A stretch of DNA of 64,000 bases from the NCBI RefSeq assembly GCF_009914755.1, contig NC_060933.1; one strand, written 5' to 3'. Position numbers and translations under genes: made by a program. The notes below the pieces were generated by a model, which saw nothing but the letters and a program-made list of their open reading frames with translations, searched no databases and was not told the origin of the DNA. This DNA is from the human T2T-CHM13v2.0 reference genome, Homo sapiens. Numbering within the stretch: position 1 is the stretch's first letter; every line of letters begins with the position of its first letter. Of this stretch, positions 61,668 to 64,000 are shown piece by piece.

Positions 61668-62412
61668 TCTCCCCTCATGACTGTGTGCATCAGAATCATG
61701 CCTAAGAAAAGATGCCAAATCAATCCCCCAGATCATGCCCCACACAAGGGGGCAGGACCTGAGGTCAGTCATCTGAGGTGATTTTGAGGGCAGCATGTTA
61801 TAACAGAATAAACTCACTGGAGCTCCCAAGTTTATGCTAGAATGTAAGAAGCTGCTCCCAGCATGGGCACTTAGTGTCTGGCATGGATCAGCCTACCTTC
61901 CCCTGTGTTCCATCTCCCTGCTGTCTTCCTTGGACCTTCCTGGTCTTCCACCCGACCCTCTTGTCTGTTCAGCCCACTTGGTCTGCAGCCATCTCTTTCC
62001 TGCCAACCTGCACCTCAGGTTCCAGGATGGTGGGGAGGGCACACCCAAGTCCCTGGTCAGGAACTGACCCTCTTCCATTCTGTCCTGTCTTTGGCTTGGG
62101 AGTAAGGGTCAGAGCTGGTGGGTGGGAAATGGCTGGATGGTTTTCAGGGAGGAGGCCAGTCAGAAGAACCTGAGGACTCAGGGGGAGGAAAAAGAAGATG
62201 GGTTGGAGGCAAAGGCTATGTGCCCAACCCATGTGGCCTCAACCTCAGGATAGTACTTTTGAGCTCAGGAGAGCTACTGCTCCTCTCCTCCTCACCTGAA
62301 GGGATCGAAAGGAGTTCCCATAGCACTTAAGGAGGCTCGGCTAGGACAATGGCTTCACTGCCTAAGGAGCAAGGGTGGCAGTAGGAAGTCCCTGTGGGGC
62401 TTCTGATTCTCA

Positions 62413-62799
<387 letters not shown>

Positions 62800-64000
62800 T
62801 CACACACACACACCCCTCAGGGCTGCTTAGTGTAGAAACATTAGTATCCCTGGGAACAGAGCCCTAGAGAACCATCAGAGTGGTTAAAAACAACAGTCCC
62901 CACTAATGCAGCAATAACCACAACAAAAGGTTTATTTCTCTACCTTCCAAGAAGTGCAAGGTTAAAGACCTTTACAAGAAACTTCAAAGCTTTACTGATG
63001 TGCTCAAGGCCTCTGGCCATCTGTTTGCTCAGGAGATAGGAACTTCTACCTGGAGAGAGCACAGCCTCAGGTTAGAAGGAATCAGGCAGACAAGTCTGGC
63101 CCAGAACTGAGGGCCCCACCTCAGGGCAGCATGATGTTTGCAGCTCAATTGTCTCCTGGCCCAGCCTGCAAGGAGGAGCTGGAGGAAGGGTGCATTAGGA
63201 TGAACTGCAGAGCCTCTTTCCTGTCCCTCAACTGCCCTTCTCCTACAGAATCAAAGGTCGTGTCATGTCACTTCTCCAAGATGTCCATGGAAATCTGTTA
63301 TGTTAATAGTGGGCCTAGTGGTTCTTCTACATTAGACCTGGCACAGTGCCAAATGATCCTCAGCCCCAGGATGAAAGGATGGTTTACTATGAATAGTCAC
63401 AGCCCTGCTGTCAGGAGAAAGTCCTCCCTCATATCGGGCTAAGCAGTGCTGAATCTAGGAATGACTATACTCTCCTTGGTGAGCTAAACCAGTGGAGAAG
63501 TCACCTACAGCCTATACTGGTGGAGAGATTGGGCTGAAATTCAACACCAATACTTTTGTCTTCACCCTGTGGCCAGGCCTCACAGATGTCCTCTCCAGGT
63601 TCAGCAGTGACTGAGCAGAGAAAGGCTTCAGCATTCAGTTTGCAAGATGATAGCAAGGAGGAATAAGGAGAGGCAGAGAGTCCCAAGGGAGGGAACCCCA
63701 GATCCATGGGGACTTGGAAGAGAGGATCACATGGAAGGGTGGTAGGGTTGGCTAGAAGGTGGGAGAGAGGGAACTCCAGCATTGGGCTCTCACCTTTGGG
63801 AGATGTGATGCTAAAAGGCCTTTCCCTGAAAATTCCAAAATAATAGCAAGTTCAATAAAGCTCCAATGTTTGTTCTTCCCGTTCTGAGATCTCTTAGACT
63901 TTTTAGTAAAGAATTCCACATATTGCACATGACTGGTGAAGATAAGATGGGTAAGGTGGAAGGTATGGACAGTGATGACAGCCCCACTTTTCTTTAGAGG

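Noticed and set aside
61296-61829. 177-aa minus-strand ORF
   Set aside because: Mostly the antisense of an MLT1D LTR, with no recognisable domain.

Overview
Hominoid (human or great-ape-like) non-coding genomic DNA, intronic or intergenic. The lineage call rests on the co-occurrence of SVA, AluY, L1PA and LTR12 elements. I found no recognisable cellular protein-coding exon, rRNA, tRNA or CRISPR array. The long ORFs that match anything come from transposable elements (Tigger1 transposase, L1 ORF1/ORF2, SVA VNTR, Alu, MaLR); the other short ORFs look like chance. The main structure is a ~20 kb nested stack of retroelements, almost all on the minus strand (~14.6-34.6 kb). An old L1ME-like host contains a full-length L1MA with its TSD (15526-32403). 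That L1MA contains an L1PA3-like 3' fragment, a near-complete old-type SVA, an Alu, and a ~6.2 kb L1PA5/6-like element that itself carries an AluY. The most unusual signal I could read directly is four separate scars where short new sequence is an inverted copy of its flank, as expected from template switching or polymerase-theta-type repair. The largest is a 55-bp-arm hairpin with extra inverted copies inside a TA/TG microsatellite (36291-36620). I do not see a convincing new biological system. Repeat subfamily names come from my recollection of consensus sequences and need RepeatMasker/Dfam confirmation.
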